The translations under genes and the position numbers were made by a program. From an uncultured Chloroflexia bacterium (lineage in GTDB: Bacteria; Chloroflexota; Limnocylindria; Limnocylindrales; CSP1-4), in NCBI GenBank assembly GCA_963779315.1, contig CAVZXQ010000002.1:53204-117203 (forward strand): a stretch of DNA of 64,000 bases, written 5' to 3'. The notes beneath the pieces were generated by a model. It worked only from the letters and a program-made list of their open reading frames with translations. It had not been told where the DNA came from and did no database searches. Shown one piece after another: positions 39,804 to 51,597 of this stretch (position 1 is its first letter; every line of letters begins with the position of its first letter).

Positions 39804-40506
39804 TCACCGCCCGGTGCGCCTGATGAACAGCACGGTGCCCTCGAACAGGAGGTACATGGTCCCCCCCAGCGCCAGCGGGCTCACGAGGTCGCCACCCGGA
39901 GTCGCGACGGCAGCGAACACGGCGATCCCCAGGATCACCATCCGACGCGACTCGCGCAGGCGAGCCGACGTCACGATGCCGACCCGCGACAGGCCGACCA
40001 GCAGGATCGGGAACTCCATGATCAGGCCAAAGACCAGGAACATCGTGGTCACGAAGTCGAAGTACGGGCCGGCGGCGAACTGGGCGACGAGGACGTCGTC
40101 CGTGAACGAGATCAGGAAGGTCAGGGCGAACGGCAGGATGAGGTACGCGACCGTGACACCGAGCGCGAAGAACACCAGGGCGAGCGGGATCCACGGTCGG
40201 ACCGTCTTCCGCTCGGCCGGGGTCAACCCCGGGGAGACGAAGGCCCAGATCTGGTAGAGCAGCACCGGCATCGCCAGGATGATCCCGATCACGACCGAGA
40301 TCCGCAGCTGGATCGCGAACGCGTCGCCGGGACCGAGGACCTGCACGAAGACCGGAGCGCCGGTCGTGCTCGGCATCAGCTCCACGAGCATGGTTCCGCA
40401 CGTTCTGGGTGAGGAAGATCCACGCGATGGCGGTGGCGACGGCGACGGCCAGGATGGCGCGGAACAGGCGCGTCCGCAGCTCGCCCAGGTGATCCACCAG
40501 CGTCAT
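39804..40506 (-). CDS. tatC: Twin-arginine translocase subunit TatC; 1 frame change
   Basis: MTLVDHLGELRTRLFRAILAVAV is the start of ORF 39685..40506. The remaining TM core is in ORF 39804..40391 (LLYQIWAFVSPGLTPAERK). The break is near 40390. Confidence 0.85.
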
Positions 40507-40617
40507 GACGCTGGCATCGTCCGGCGCGGCCGGGGAAGGCGGGACGTACGGGCAGCCCGGGCGCGACCGGGTCGAGAAGCGCGTCGGCGTCGGCCATCGC
40601 GGTGGTCAGTCAGCCGC

Positions 40618-41022
40618 TCAGTGCGATGCGGCGGTCGACTCGCTCGCCGGCAACGCGTCGGCCGGCTCGGTACTCCGCCGCCACGGCCGCCGGTGCGGCG
40701 GCGGCGGTGACGCCGGCAGCCTCGGCTGCGGCAGCCAGGGTCGCGCGGGCGGCGGCGACCGCATCGGCATCGGGGAGGCCGGCGCCGCGACGGGAGCCGT
40801 GGCCGGAGCGACGCCGCGCGGGCGCCGGGGCGGCCGCGGGCGCGCGATCGGTGCCACGGACACGTCGATCTTGGTGGCCTCCTGGACATCGGACGAGGCC
40901 TTGCGGAATTCACGCAGGCTCTTGCCGATCGATGCGCCCACCTCTGGCAGCTTGCCCGGCCCGAGGATGAGCAGGGCGATCACCAGGATGATGATGAGTT
41001 CGGGTGCCCCGATGTTCGGCAT
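40618..41022 (-). CDS. tatA: Twin-arginine translocase subunit TatA/E (C-terminal tail frame uncertain)
   Basis: MPNIGAPELIIILVIALLILGPGKLPEVGASIGKSLREFRKA is a canonical TatA N-terminus. The long Pro/Ala/Arg-rich tail may be distorted by undetected frame changes. Confidence 0.8.
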   Translation of the reverse strand: MPNIGAPELIIILVIALLILGPGKLPEVGASIGKSLREFRKASSDVQEATKIDVSVAPIARPRPPRRPRGVAPATAPVAAPASPMPMRSPPPARPWLPQPRLPASPPPPHRRPWRRSTEPADALPASESTAASH

Positions 41023-41101
41023 GGCAGGTGTCGCTCCAGTGAGGGGATGACGCCGTCAACAGCGCGCCCGAAGCATGTTCGGGACGGTCGTGATCCGCGG
41101 G

Positions 41102-41982
41102 TCAGGGTAGCACAGGGAGGCGTCTGGACCAGTCGAGGGCCGCCGCCGCCAGTCGCTCGCCGATGTCCGTCGGTCCGTCGCCGGCCGACGGCTGGGCCGG
41201 CGGCTGAAGCGATCCCCCGCGACACGTTGACCAGCAGCCCGCCGCCGGGTCGTCCACCGGCGGGCGCCGCGCTCGCGGGGCCGGCGGCCATGACCGGACC
41301 TGCCTCCCCACCCTGTGCGCCGACGCCTGGCACGAGGAAGGCCAGCCCGGGCGCGATCGCGCGGATGACTGCCAGCTCGGTGGGGGCGGTCGCGCCGACG
41401 ACGAGACCCACGGTCCCACCGGGACCCCAGCCGGTCGCGAGTCGCGCGACCCGGGCGTAGAGCGGTTCGGCCGGGGCCCCGGCGAGCGGAGCGGCCGCGA
41501 CGTCGAGATCCTGCAACTCGCCGGCCCCGGGTTGGAGGTACGACAGAGCAGGTAGGCGAACCGATCAAGGCGATCGAGGAGCGGCGCGACCGCCTCCGAC
41601 CCGAGGTACGGGTTGACGGTGACCGCATCGGCACCAAGGCCGTCGAACAGGGCGACCGCCTGGCGGGCGGCGGTCGTGCCGATGTCCCCGCGCTTGGCAT
41701 CGGCCACCACCAGGACGTCGCTCGGGATCGACGCGCCGGATGCGCTCCAGCGCCGCGATCCCGCTCGATCCGAAGGCCTCGAAGAACGCCAGGTTCGGCT
41801 TGATCGCGGCGGCGAACGGCGCTGCGGCCTCGACGAGCAACCGGGCGAATCGCTCGACCCCGGCGAGGTCCCGGGTGAAGCCCGTCCGGCAGCGCCTCCG
41901 GGTCCGGATCCAGGCCAAGGCACAGGACGGAACCGACCGAGGCCGACCTGGCGGCGAGGCGCTCGAGATAGCCGAGGGTCAC
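41102..41982 (-). CDS. pyrF: Orotidine 5'-phosphate decarboxylase, type 2; at least 4 frame changes
   Basis: The pieces lie in four ORFs:
- LCLGLDPDPEALPDGL in ORF 41056..41982
- AAAIKPNLAFFEAFG in ORF 41565..41918
- VVADAKRGDIGTTAARQA..DAVTVNPYLG in ORF 41102..42094
- GLAFLVPGVGAQGG in ORF 40980..41516
The GTG start overlaps the stop of the upstream PD40 gene. Confidence 0.8.
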
Positions 41983-43230
41983 GGGGCAGATGACGGGGCG
42001 GCGGACGATGGGGCGACCGAGGCCGGGATGCTGGGCACCGGCGTGGCGGGCAGTTGCTCCGCCGGGATGAACCAGCCGGGACGCGACGAGCCATCCAGGC
42101 CGGACACGTTGGTCAGGGCCTTGGTCTCCTTGATCGTCCAGTTGGGCGCCTTGCCGTCGAGGACGGCCATCCGGAGATCGACGATCTGACCGTCGATGTG
42201 GAAGAACGCGACCGCGTCGCCGGCCGGCGACCAGACCGGCGCCCAGGAGGCGCCGTCGTTGGTGACGCGCAGCAGCTCACGGCCGCGGCTGGCATCCAGG
42301 ATCACGACGTCCGAGCCGAACGCGTTGATCCGGGTCGCGGCGATGTACTTCCCATCGGGCGAGAACGAGGGCTCCAGGTAGCCCGGACCGGTGACCGGCG
42401 ACGACGTCTTCTTGGCGAGGTCCCAGCGGTAGATGATCGGCGCGCCCTTGGCGCCCTCACGCCCGTTTCGCACGTAGAACAGCATCTTGCCGTCCTTCCG
42501 CCAGACCGGGTCCTGGTGACCGAGCGGCGGGACCTCGGTGACGTCCGGGATGTTCGACTTGTCCGTCGCAGGGTTCCAGAACTGGAGGATGACGTCCGAC
42601 TTCGTGGGATCCGGGGCGTCCGACACGAGGGCGAAGGTCTTGCCGTTGGGCGACATGACCGGCTGCCGCATCCAGTAGAACCACGTCCGGCCGTTCTTCT
42701 TGAACTTGCCCGACCGAAGCCGCTTGGCCTTGCCGCTCCCGTCGGCCGGGATGCTCATCAGGTTCGGCACCGTCATCTGGTACCGCCGGTCGTTACCCTG
42801 GGCGGGCCACAGGCCGAGCTCGTCGGTCGTGCGGATGAAGTACACGGTCTTGCCGTCGGGCGACCACGATGGCATCGAATCGGTCCCGGCATTCGTCAGC
42901 TCGCGAACCGTGTCGCCGGTCTGGATCCAGATGTTCCCGGCCTTGGCATACAGGATGGAACCCGGGAACGCCGCCTCCGGCTCCGGGAGGACCACATCGG
43001 AGGGCGCCGGAGTCCGGTTCGTCGTCCCGCCTCCGGTGCCGTCGGTCGCGCCGTTCCCGCGTTGCCCGCCCGGTGCCGATGTTCAGGTTGACCCCGAGCA
43101 GGCTCAGCGAGACAAGGAGGACGACGAGCAGCCCGACCGCGGACAGGACCGGTGCGATCCACGACCTGACGGGCATCGCCCCGAACGGGTCGCCGGCGTC
43201 GCGTCGCCTGGGCTGGACCGGGCGAGTCAT
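41979..43230 (-). CDS. PD40 (TolB-like) beta-propeller repeat protein with N-terminal membrane anchor; 1 frame change
   Basis: The N-terminal TM segment (WIAPVLSAVGLLVVLLVSLSLLG) lies in ORF 42793..43230. The propeller lies in ORF 41979..42995, with the repeats WSPDGKTVYF, MSPNGKTFAL, FSPDGKYIAA and WSPAGDAVAF. The break is near 43060. Confidence 0.75.
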
Positions 43231-44995
43231 GCCGGCACCGCGGCCCGCGCCGCCTCGGCGCGCTGGGCGTCGCGGAACGCGGCGTCGGCGTCGTGGTGTC
43301 CGCTCAGGCAGACGTCGCGGATCTCCAGCTGGAGTGATTCGTAGCCGCCGAAGCTCCGACTGGCGAGACGTGCCACGACATCGACCCGATCGCCCTCGCG
43401 CACGGTCTCGGCGAGGTCCGCCCGGCCGAACGCGATGCCGTCGAGGACGTCGCGTTCGCGTCGAAGGGTCAGCTGGGTGTGGCCACCGGTCGCCGCGCGG
43501 ACTCGCGTGACGGTCAGGCCGAGCACCGCGACGAGCGGGTCCGGGTTGCCGGGGCCGGCCGGGGCGAGGTCCGCGAATTCCCGATACAGGCCGTAATCCA
43601 CGTCGCCGGCCGGCAGGGCGAGATCGATGGCCAGGCTGACCCGTGGATCCGACGGGGCGCTGGCCGCCGCCAGGCCCAGGAAGCGCTCGCAGAACAGGTC
43701 CCAGCGATCGGCCGGCAACTCGAAGCCGGCGGCACCGGCATGCCCGCCGAAGCGGGTGAACAGGTCACCGCACTGCTCAAGGGTCGCTCCCAGGTCCATC
43801 GTGCCGTCGCTGCGACAGGACGCCCGGATCACGTCGCCGATCTCGGCCCCGACGACCGCGGCACGACCCCGGTCCTCGGCCAGGCGGGCGGCGACCAACC
43901 CGACGATGCCGACTCCCCAGGGCCCGTGGACGAGCGTCGCCGGTGCGTCCGGTGCATCCGCGACCAGCGCTCGGGCCTCGGCGATCGCCGCTTTCATGAG
44001 GTCCCGGCGTTCGGCGTTCGCGAGCTCCAGGGCGTCAGCGTGCGTGCTCGCGGCGACCGCGTCCTCGGCCAGCAGGAGCCGGGCGGCCTCCATCGCCTCC
44101 CCGACGCGTCCGGCCGCGTTCAGGCGCGGTGCCAGGGCGAACGATACGGTCTCGAGGTCCACCGCGGCAGGGGCGACCCGGGCCCGCTCCAGGAGGGCCG
44201 CGATGCCCGGGCGTGGGGCCGTCCGGAGACGCTCCAGGCCGAGCCTGGCGATGGCCCGGTTCTCGCCGACCACCGGTGCCACGTCGGCGACCGTCCCGAT
44301 CGTCGCGAGGTCCGCGAGGGCGAGTGCCGCCGCCGGCCCGCCCGGTTCGTCGCGGAGCAGTAGTTGCGCCACCTTGAACGCGACGCCGCTGCCGGCCAGC
44401 CGAGCGTCCGGATAGACGGAGTCGTGACGGTGCGGGTTGACGACGGCGACGGCGCTCGGCAGGACCGGCGGCACACGGTGGTGATCGGTCACGATGACGT
44501 CAAGCCCGCGCTCCCGGGCGACCGCGATCTCGGCCAGGCTGGTGGTCCCGCAGTCCACCGTGACGATGACCGACGCCCCTGCGGCGACGGCCGCGTCGAT
44601 GGCGGCCAAGGGACAACCCGTGGCCCTCGTCCAGCCGGCTCGGCACGTACGGCTCGACGGCAACACCGAACCGGCGCAGGGCCAGGGTCATGATCGCCAG
44701 GCCGGTCAGACCGTCGGCATCGAAGTCACCGAACACGAGGACCCGTTCACCACGGTCCCGGGCGAGGGTCAGGCGCTCGAGCAGCCGGTCCGCGTCGGGC
44801 AGGAGGGATGGATCGTGCAGGCCGTCCATCGGCTCGGCGAACCAGGCGGTCAGTTCACGTTCGTCGGCGACACCCCGCCGCGCCAGCAGGCTCGGCCATC
44901 CGGTCCGACAGCCCACGCGACCGCGCCGCCCGGGCAAGGTCCGGCGTCAGCTCGACGGGGGCGGGAAAGATCCATCGGAAGCGAGGTTCGACCAC
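43227..44995 (-). CDS. recJ: Single-stranded-DNA-specific exonuclease RecJ; 2 frame changes
   Basis: ORF 44500..44937 supplies VLVFGDFDADGLTG. ORF 43227..44666 supplies IVTVDCG, VIVTDHH and the DHHA1/OB regions. My own translation of the extreme N-terminus gives VVEPRFRWIFPAPVELTPDLARAARSRG from GTG 44995, and this start is tentative. Confidence 0.85.
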
Positions 44996-45055
44996 GACGT
45001 CAGGATGCCACGGGGCGCTGCACCGCGGCTTTACCGGCCCGGTGCGGCACGGCGC

Positions 45056-46199
45056 TCAGGACGCCGGGCGACGCACCCGCGGGGCACGCGTCGTGGCGAG
45101 GCGACCATGCCGGCGATCGTCCCACAGGTGCCAGTCCACGAGGATCGGGCTGGCCACGAAGATGGACGAGTACGTGCCGGAGACGATGCCGAGGAGCAGG
45201 GCAAGGATGAAGTCCTGGATCGCGCTCCCGCCGAACAGCAGCAGCGCGAGCAACGTCAGGACGACCGTCAGGCTGGTCATGATCGATCGGCCGAAGGTCT
45301 GCAGGATCGAGTGATTGACGATCTGGTCGAACGGTTCGCCCAGGTGGCGCGCCTTGTTCTCGCGGACACGGTCGAACACCACGATCGTGTCGTGCACGCT
45401 GAACCCGATGATCGTCAGCATCGCGGTCACGAACAGCGCATCGATCTCGACGTTGAAGAACGTGCCGAAGATCGCGAACGCCCCGATGACGACCAGGACG
45501 TCGTGCAGCAGCGCGATGAGCGCCGCGACCCCGAACTTCACGTCGCGGAACCGGTACGTGATCCAGGCCATGATCCCGAGTGAGCCGACCACGATCAGGA
45601 TCAGGGCTTGCCTGATCAGGTCCGAGCTCACGACCGGGCCGATGGTCGTCAGGCTGGCCTGCTCGGCGATCGGCCCGAGTTCCTTCTCGAGCGCGACCCG
45701 GACCTCGCCCAGCTGACCGGTCGTCGGCAGGTTCGTGTTCCCGCACGGGTGCGATCGAGGCCGATGGCGAAGGCGATGCGCCGGCCGAGCCGGACGGCGA
45801 TGCCGAGGGGCTGGCGGATGCGGATGGGCTTGGAGCGGCCGATGCGCCGGGAGATCCGGACGCGCCGGGGCTTGCGCTGCCTGTCGGCAGGCTCGGCGCG
45901 GGACTTGCCTGCGGGACCGGCGCCAGGCCGATCGGCTCGGTCTTGATCTCGATGAAGCCGTCCTTGGTCGTGATCGCGACGGCTTCAAGCCCCTGCTCGA
46001 CGAACACGGCCTCGACCTGGTCGGTCGTCACGGCGGGGTCCTCGAACTTGATCTCCCAGACGGTCCCGCCGGTGTAATCGATCGAGAACTGGAGGCCTGC
46101 GCCCGTGAACGGGGTCAGCAGGATGAAGAACAGGCCCGGGATCGTGACCGCCAGCGAGAAGGCATAGAACCAGCGCCGCTTCCCGATGACGTCAAACAC
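45056..46199 (-). CDS. secF: Protein translocase subunit SecF with a Ser/Pro/Ala-rich insertion; 1 frame change
   Basis: The N-terminus FDVIGKRRWFYAFSLAVTIPGLFFILL..FSIDYTGGT lies in ORF 45000..46199. The C-terminal TM bundle lies in ORF 45056..45988 (ITYRFRDVKFGVAALIALLHDV..GFSVHDTIVVFDRVREN). The break is near 45750. Confidence 0.9.
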
Positions 46200-47550
46200 G
46201 CGTCGCGGCTCCCCGTCGCGCCGACGGCCGCACGGCTCCGAGGGCGACGAACTCGTCCTCGCGCATCCCGAACATCCACGGCTTGCGCGCCCATTCGAAG
46301 CGAACGACCCCGCGCATGATCGTGCGGGTCACGACGATGGCACTGAACATCGAGACGAGGACGCCGATGATCAGGACCAGTGCGAAGCCGCGGATCGCGG
46401 ACGATCCGAACGAGTACAGGATCGTGGCGGTGATGAGCGACGACACGTTCGAGTCGAGGATGGAGTTCCAGGCGCGGTTGAACCCAGCCTCGACCGCGGC
46501 CGGCAGCGACTTGCCGACGCGCAGCTCCTCCTTCATCCGCTCGAAGATGAGGATGTTGGCGTCGACCGCCATGCCGATCGACAGGACGAAGCCGGCGATG
46601 CCGGCCAGGGTCAGCGTGACCGGGATCAGCCGGAAGATGGCGTAGACGACGATCGTGTAGTAGATGAGTGCGAAGCTCGCCACAAGGCCCGGCAGTCGGT
46701 AGTACGCCAGCATGAAGGTGACGACGAGGGCGATGCCGATGAACCCGGCGACGAGGCTCTGGGTCAGGAACTGCTCGCCGAGCGTCGCGCTGATCTCCGA
46801 GCTGGAAAGTTCAAGGATCGGGAATGGCAGCGAACCGAACTTGAGGATCGTGACGAGATCGTTGGCATCCGCCGCGCTGAACCCACCGATCCCGCCCGCC
46901 GAGATCTGGACCTGGCCGCCGGGGATGGCCTCGTTGATGACCGGCGCCGAGATGACCGTGCCGTCAAGCACGATCGCGAAGTACTCGCCCACGTGGGAGG
47001 CGGTGTAGTCGCCGAACAGCTTGGCGCCCTCATCCTTCAGGACGAAGTTGACGGTCAGGCCTTGCGTGTCGCTCTGGCCCAGGCTGGCGGATGCGACCTG
47101 GTCTCCGCTGAACAACGGCGGGTACGTCTCGAGGTCCAGTTCCTGGCCCTCCTGGACCTGGGTCGTGCCAAGCGGCACGAAGTCGAGGCGACCGGTCTGC
47201 CCCACCAGCCGACGGACGGCCTCGGTGTCGGTCACGCCCGGGAGCTCGACCACGATCCGGTCGTCGCCCTGGACCAGGACGACGGCCTCCGTGACGCCGG
47301 TCGCGTTCACGCGGCGCTCGACGATGTCCTTCATGACGCCCATGTCGGCTTGCGTCGGAGCCTTGCCGTCCACCGGGACCGCCTGGTACTCGACGCGCAG
47401 GCCACCCTGCAGGTCCAGGCCGAGCTTGGTCTCGATCGGGCGCGACCCGCTCGGGCTGGTGGCGTCGGGCAGCGCGAGACTGGGAGCGAGACTGATGATG
47501 AGGGCGAGCACGCCGATGACGGCGATGAGGATCGGTCCGGCTTTACGCAT
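46192..47550 (-). CDS. secD: Protein translocase subunit SecD
   Basis: Intact 452-aa ORF with LGLDLQGG and a C-terminal TM bundle containing GIAGFVLSIGMAVDANILIFERMKEE. It overlaps the secF start by 8 nt. Confidence 0.95.
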   Translation of the reverse strand: MRKAGPILIAVIGVLALIISLAPSLALPDATSPSGSRPIETKLGLDLQGGLRVEYQAVPVDGKAPTQADMGVMKDIVERRVNATGVTEAVVLVQGDDRIVVELPGVTDTEAVRRLVGQTGRLDFVPLGTTQVQEGQELDLETYPPLFSGDQVASASLGQSDTQGLTVNFVLKDEGAKLFGDYTASHVGEYFAIVLDGTVISAPVINEAIPGGQVQISAGGIGGFSAADANDLVTILKFGSLPFPILELSSSEISATLGEQFLTQSLVAGFIGIALVVTFMLAYYRLPGLVASFALIYYTIVVYAIFRLIPVTLTLAGIAGFVLSIGMAVDANILIFERMKEELRVGKSLPAAVEAGFNRAWNSILDSNVSSLITATILYSFGSSAIRGFALVLIIGVLVSMFSAIVVTRTIMRGVVRFEWARKPWMFGMREDEFVALGAVRPSARRGAATRV

Positions 47551-47598
47551 CGAGTCGGGATGTTACACGGAACCCGGCTCGGTCGCCGCCGACAGGGT

Positions 47599-49458
47599 CT
47601 ACGCCTCGAGCGTCGCCTTGATCCGCTCGGCCAGCGCGCGCCCGATACCCGGCACCGCGGCGATCTGCTCGACCGGCGCGTCGCGCACGCGCTTGATCGA
47701 GCCGAACACCTTCAGCAGCTCGCGCTTGCGCTTCGGCCCGACGCCCGGCAGATCGTCGAAGGCCGACCGGACGCTCCGCTTCGCCCGCAGGTCCCGGTGG
47801 TACGTGATGGCGAACCGGTGCGCCTCGTCGCGCAGTCGCTGGACCAGGTAGAGCGCCGGTGACGTCGCCGGCAGGAGCACCGGTTCGGACTCACCCGGCC
47901 GGAACAACTCCTCGCGCTCCTTGGCCAGGCCGGCGAGCGGCAGGTCGTGCAGGCCGAGCTCATCGAGGACCTCCTTGGCCGCGCTGACCTGGCCCTTGCC
48001 GCCGTCCACGATGACGAGGTCCGGCATCGCCCAGCGACGCTCCTCCTCGCTCCCCTCCTCGCCGTGCTTCGAGAGCCGGAAGCGGCGGCGCAGGACTTCC
48101 TGGTGGCTGGCGAAGTCGTTGGGACCCTGGACGGTCCTGATCTTGAAGCGTCGGTACTCGCCGCTCCGCGGCTTGCCGTCCTCGAAGACGACCATGCTGC
48201 CGACCGACTCGCTGCCCTGGAAGTTGCTGATGTCGTAGCACTCGATGCGCAACGGCGGACCGGCCAGGCCCAGGGCCGAGGCCAGCTCCTCCAGGGCCGC
48301 GAGCGTCTTGCCGTGATCGGCCAGCCAGCGCGCCTGTTCACGCGCCAGCGTCTCGGCTGCGTTTCGCTTGGCGAGGGCGGCGAGCTTGGCCTTCTCACCG
48401 CGCTGGGCAAGCCGCAGATGGACCGGGCCGCCTCGTCGATCGGCCAGGAAGGCCTCGAGATCGGCCGCCTCACCGATCACGCTCGGGAGGTAGATCTCTC
48501 GCGGGATGGAGGTCGCCCGGACGTAGTACTGCTCCAGGAAGCCGGTCAGGACCTCCTCGTCCGGGGCGTCCTTGACCGCGTCGAGCAGGTAGACATCGCG
48601 CCCGATCAGCTTGCCGTCGCGGAGCACGAACAGCTGGATCGCCGCCTGGTTGTCCTGACGGGCCATGCCGATCAGGTCCAGCTCGGTCCGGGCGAAGGCG
48701 GCCATCTTCTGGCTCTCCATCGTCCGTTCGATCGCCCGGATCTTGTCGCGGAGTGTCGCCGCACGCTCGTAGTCCGTGCGCTCCGCGGCGGCGGCCATCT
48801 CGGTGCCGAGCGCCTTGACCAGCGTCTCCTGGCGACCCTCCAGGAACAGCTCGACCTGGGCGATATCCCCGGCGTAGTCCGCCTTCGAGATGGCGGTGAT
48901 GCAGGGGCCCTGGCAGCGCTTGATGTGATACAGGAGGCACGGCCGCTGGAGCGCCTTCACGCCGTCCTTGATATCCACCGTGCAGGTCCGGAACGGGAAC
49001 AGCCGGCGGACCAGGTTCATCGACTCGTCCACGCTGGATGCGGACGCGTACGGGCCGAAGTAGCGGCTGCCGTCGTTGACCAGCTTGCGGGTCCGCTCCA
49101 CCCGCGGGAAGTCGTCCGAGTGGGTGATCTTGATGTACGGATAGCTCTTGTCGTCCTTGAGCCGGACGTTGAAGCGCGGCCGGTACCGCTTGATCAGGTT
49201 GGCCTCCAGGAGGAGGGCCTCCGAGACCGAGTCGGTCAGGGTGATACTCGAGGTCCGCGACCCGGTCGATGACGCTTCGGATGCGGTGGATCTCGCCGCC
49301 CGGCGACTCCTTCTGCCAGTAGCTCCGGACCCGGCTGCGCAGGCTCTGGGCCTTGCCGACGTACAGGACGTCGCCGCGCGCGTCCTTCATCAGGTACACG
49401 CCGGGGCGGTCGGGCAGGTTCTTGAGGTCGCCGCGAGACTCGGGGTGTCGGGCGTCAC
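47599..49458 (-). CDS. uvrC: Excinuclease ABC subunit C; at least 2 frame changes, 5' end tentative
   Basis: The GIY-YIG motif ([29 protein letters not shown]) lies inside ORF 48470..50551. The rest lies in ORF 47599..49101 (UVR, endonuclease V-like and C-terminal (HhH)2 regions, [13 protein letters not shown]). Breaks lie near 49260 and 49440. The GTG at 49458 is only one possible start. Confidence 0.85.
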
Positions 49459-49550
49459 CGATCCGATGCCAGGGCGATGCGCCGGCGAATCTCGAAGCCG
49501 GGCCCGTGGGAGGCCGGCTTCGTGGCGTATGGCGGTGTGTGGACCGGGCG

Positions 49551-51364
49551 TCAGCCGCCGGGGATGCGTGACCAGCAGGAGTCTGGCCGCCCTCGCGCTT
49601 GTTCGTCCAGTCAGGGCCGGTCGGGGCCAGGAGTCCGGGCCATTGCCCTTCTCGACCCAGAGCGTGTGGGCCTGGACGTTCACCAGGAACTTCCCCGGTC
49701 CGTAGATCGACGAGACGTCGATCAGGCCGGTGGACTCCCAGGCGCCCCAGTTGCCCGCGGACTGGCGACCATCGACGTCGGTCGGGCCCTGGTCCGCCGA
49801 CTGGTCTGACCTTGATGACAGCGTTGAGGGCGACGTCGCTGAACTTGTACTGCCACAGCCGCGCCGTGGTGGCGTTATCCGCTCCGCTGCTGGGATCCAG
49901 GCTGAACTGCTGGCTGCTGCCGGGATCCTCGGTGATGTACAGGCCGTTGAGCGTGGTCTCCAGGTTGTCCGGCTGGTGGATCTCGTTGAGGGTCTTGACC
50001 GGGTTGTCATCGCCCTCGATGAGGATCGACAGCGAGGTGACCTTGGTCGGATCCGTCGGATCCATGACCATCTTCCAGACACGGCCGTTCGACGAGGTGA
50101 ACGCTTGATGCTCGACGCACACCGTTCGCGACCCGGGGCTCGTCGCACCGCGGCCGGAGTCGGCCATGTAGACGACGTTGGACATGCCCGGGCGCTTGTC
50201 CGTGGCGATGTCCTCGATGCGGATGAACTGGAAGACGTTGTTCAGGTCGCTCCAGTGCTCCAGGACCCACTGCGGCCCATCGATGCCTGGCTGCGTGCGA
50301 GTCGCGCGTATCACGCCCGGGCCACGCTGCCACGTCCCGTCGTTCGGTGGCGGGTCAGGCCCGCCGAGAGCCGCGGGTACATCCGCGGCCATCATGTCGG
50401 TCCCGTCCGCGTTCTGGCCCGTGGCGATCTTCTTCGGGACCTGGATGAACTGGCCGCTGATGCTCGCCGTGGAGTTGACCGGGAAGTCGAAGTAGTCGTT
50501 GACGGCGGCATCGGCGTCGCTCGGGCACGAACGCCCACAGATCGCCCTCATCGCTCCAGACGGCGTTCGGCGTTGTCGGCGATGTACGCGTAGACCTGCG
50601 ACTGCGCCGCGGCTTGGTCACGAACGCGTCGTCGCCGGACAGCAGGACGGGCTTGCCGTAGCCCGGGATCGCGACGTTGTTCTCGTGGTTGAGGCGCCCC
50701 ATGCCCCAGATCGTCTTGTACGCTTCGGCCTTCACGTCGTACGCGACGACGGCGCCGATCTGTCGGGCGCCGGCGGCACCCACCGTCGCCGGCCAGGCGG
50801 TGCCGGTCTCGCTTGACCCAGTCGATGCCTTCCTCGTTGTTGAAGAGCATCGGGCGGCTGAAGCCCTGCGCCGACGTGGCGAGGAAGTTCGAGCAGAAGC
50901 GCTGGTAGTTCGCGCTGCTCGGGATGACGAACGCGCCGTTCAGGACGCCCGCCGAATGCTGGTGCAGCTTCAGCTCGCTGACCTGCGAGTTGTCGAAGTC
51001 GTTCTGCGAGTTGCTCGTCGTCGGTACCGGCGGGTTGGTCGCGGGAGTAGCGCCGTACCCGAAGGGCACCGTCGAGGTCTCGTGGTTGACGAAGACGCTC
51101 AGCGATCCTTTGCCGTCGGGCGATACGGAGATCCCGTCCGGGATGGCCTCGAAGGGAACCCGTCGACGACGTCCCCGACCGTCATCAGGGCCTCGGTCGT
51201 CGTCCCGGCGGGCGCGCCGGCGCCGGGCACCAGCATCGGCGCTCTGCGGTGGTCTTGAAGCCGGCCTTGGCCGGAGCGGCGCCGGCCATCGGGGCCGTCG
51301 TGGCGGCGATGATCAGTCCGGCGGAGGCGGCGACGAGCAGGCGACTCGGGAACCTGCGGTGCAT
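49551..51364 (-). CDS. Secreted PhoX-like / DUF839-type beta-propeller protein; at least 5 frame changes
   Basis: ATG 51364 follows GAGGAGGG. The signal peptide is [32 protein letters not shown]. The body is spread over ORFs 51099.., 50548..51069, 50355..50783, 48470..50551 and 49390..50148. Recognisable pieces are [28 protein letters not shown] and [22 protein letters not shown] am more confident that a gene is present than of its function. Confidence 0.55.
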
Positions 51365-51597
51365 ATGGACCCTCCTCGATGATCGGGCACGAACGGGTCG
51401 GGACGCCCGATCCGGGGCCGTCGGGACCACCCTCCTCGCGTCCAGACGGGCACGATACGCCGCTCCGGACGTCCCGTGTGCGACGCAGGCGCACCAGATC
51501 AAGCTGCGGCGAGGCACGCTCGGGAGACTCGGTGCCTGGGCGCACCGGAAGATTCCCTGATGAGCCGCGGTGAAGCGAGGCCCGCGACACTCCCGAC

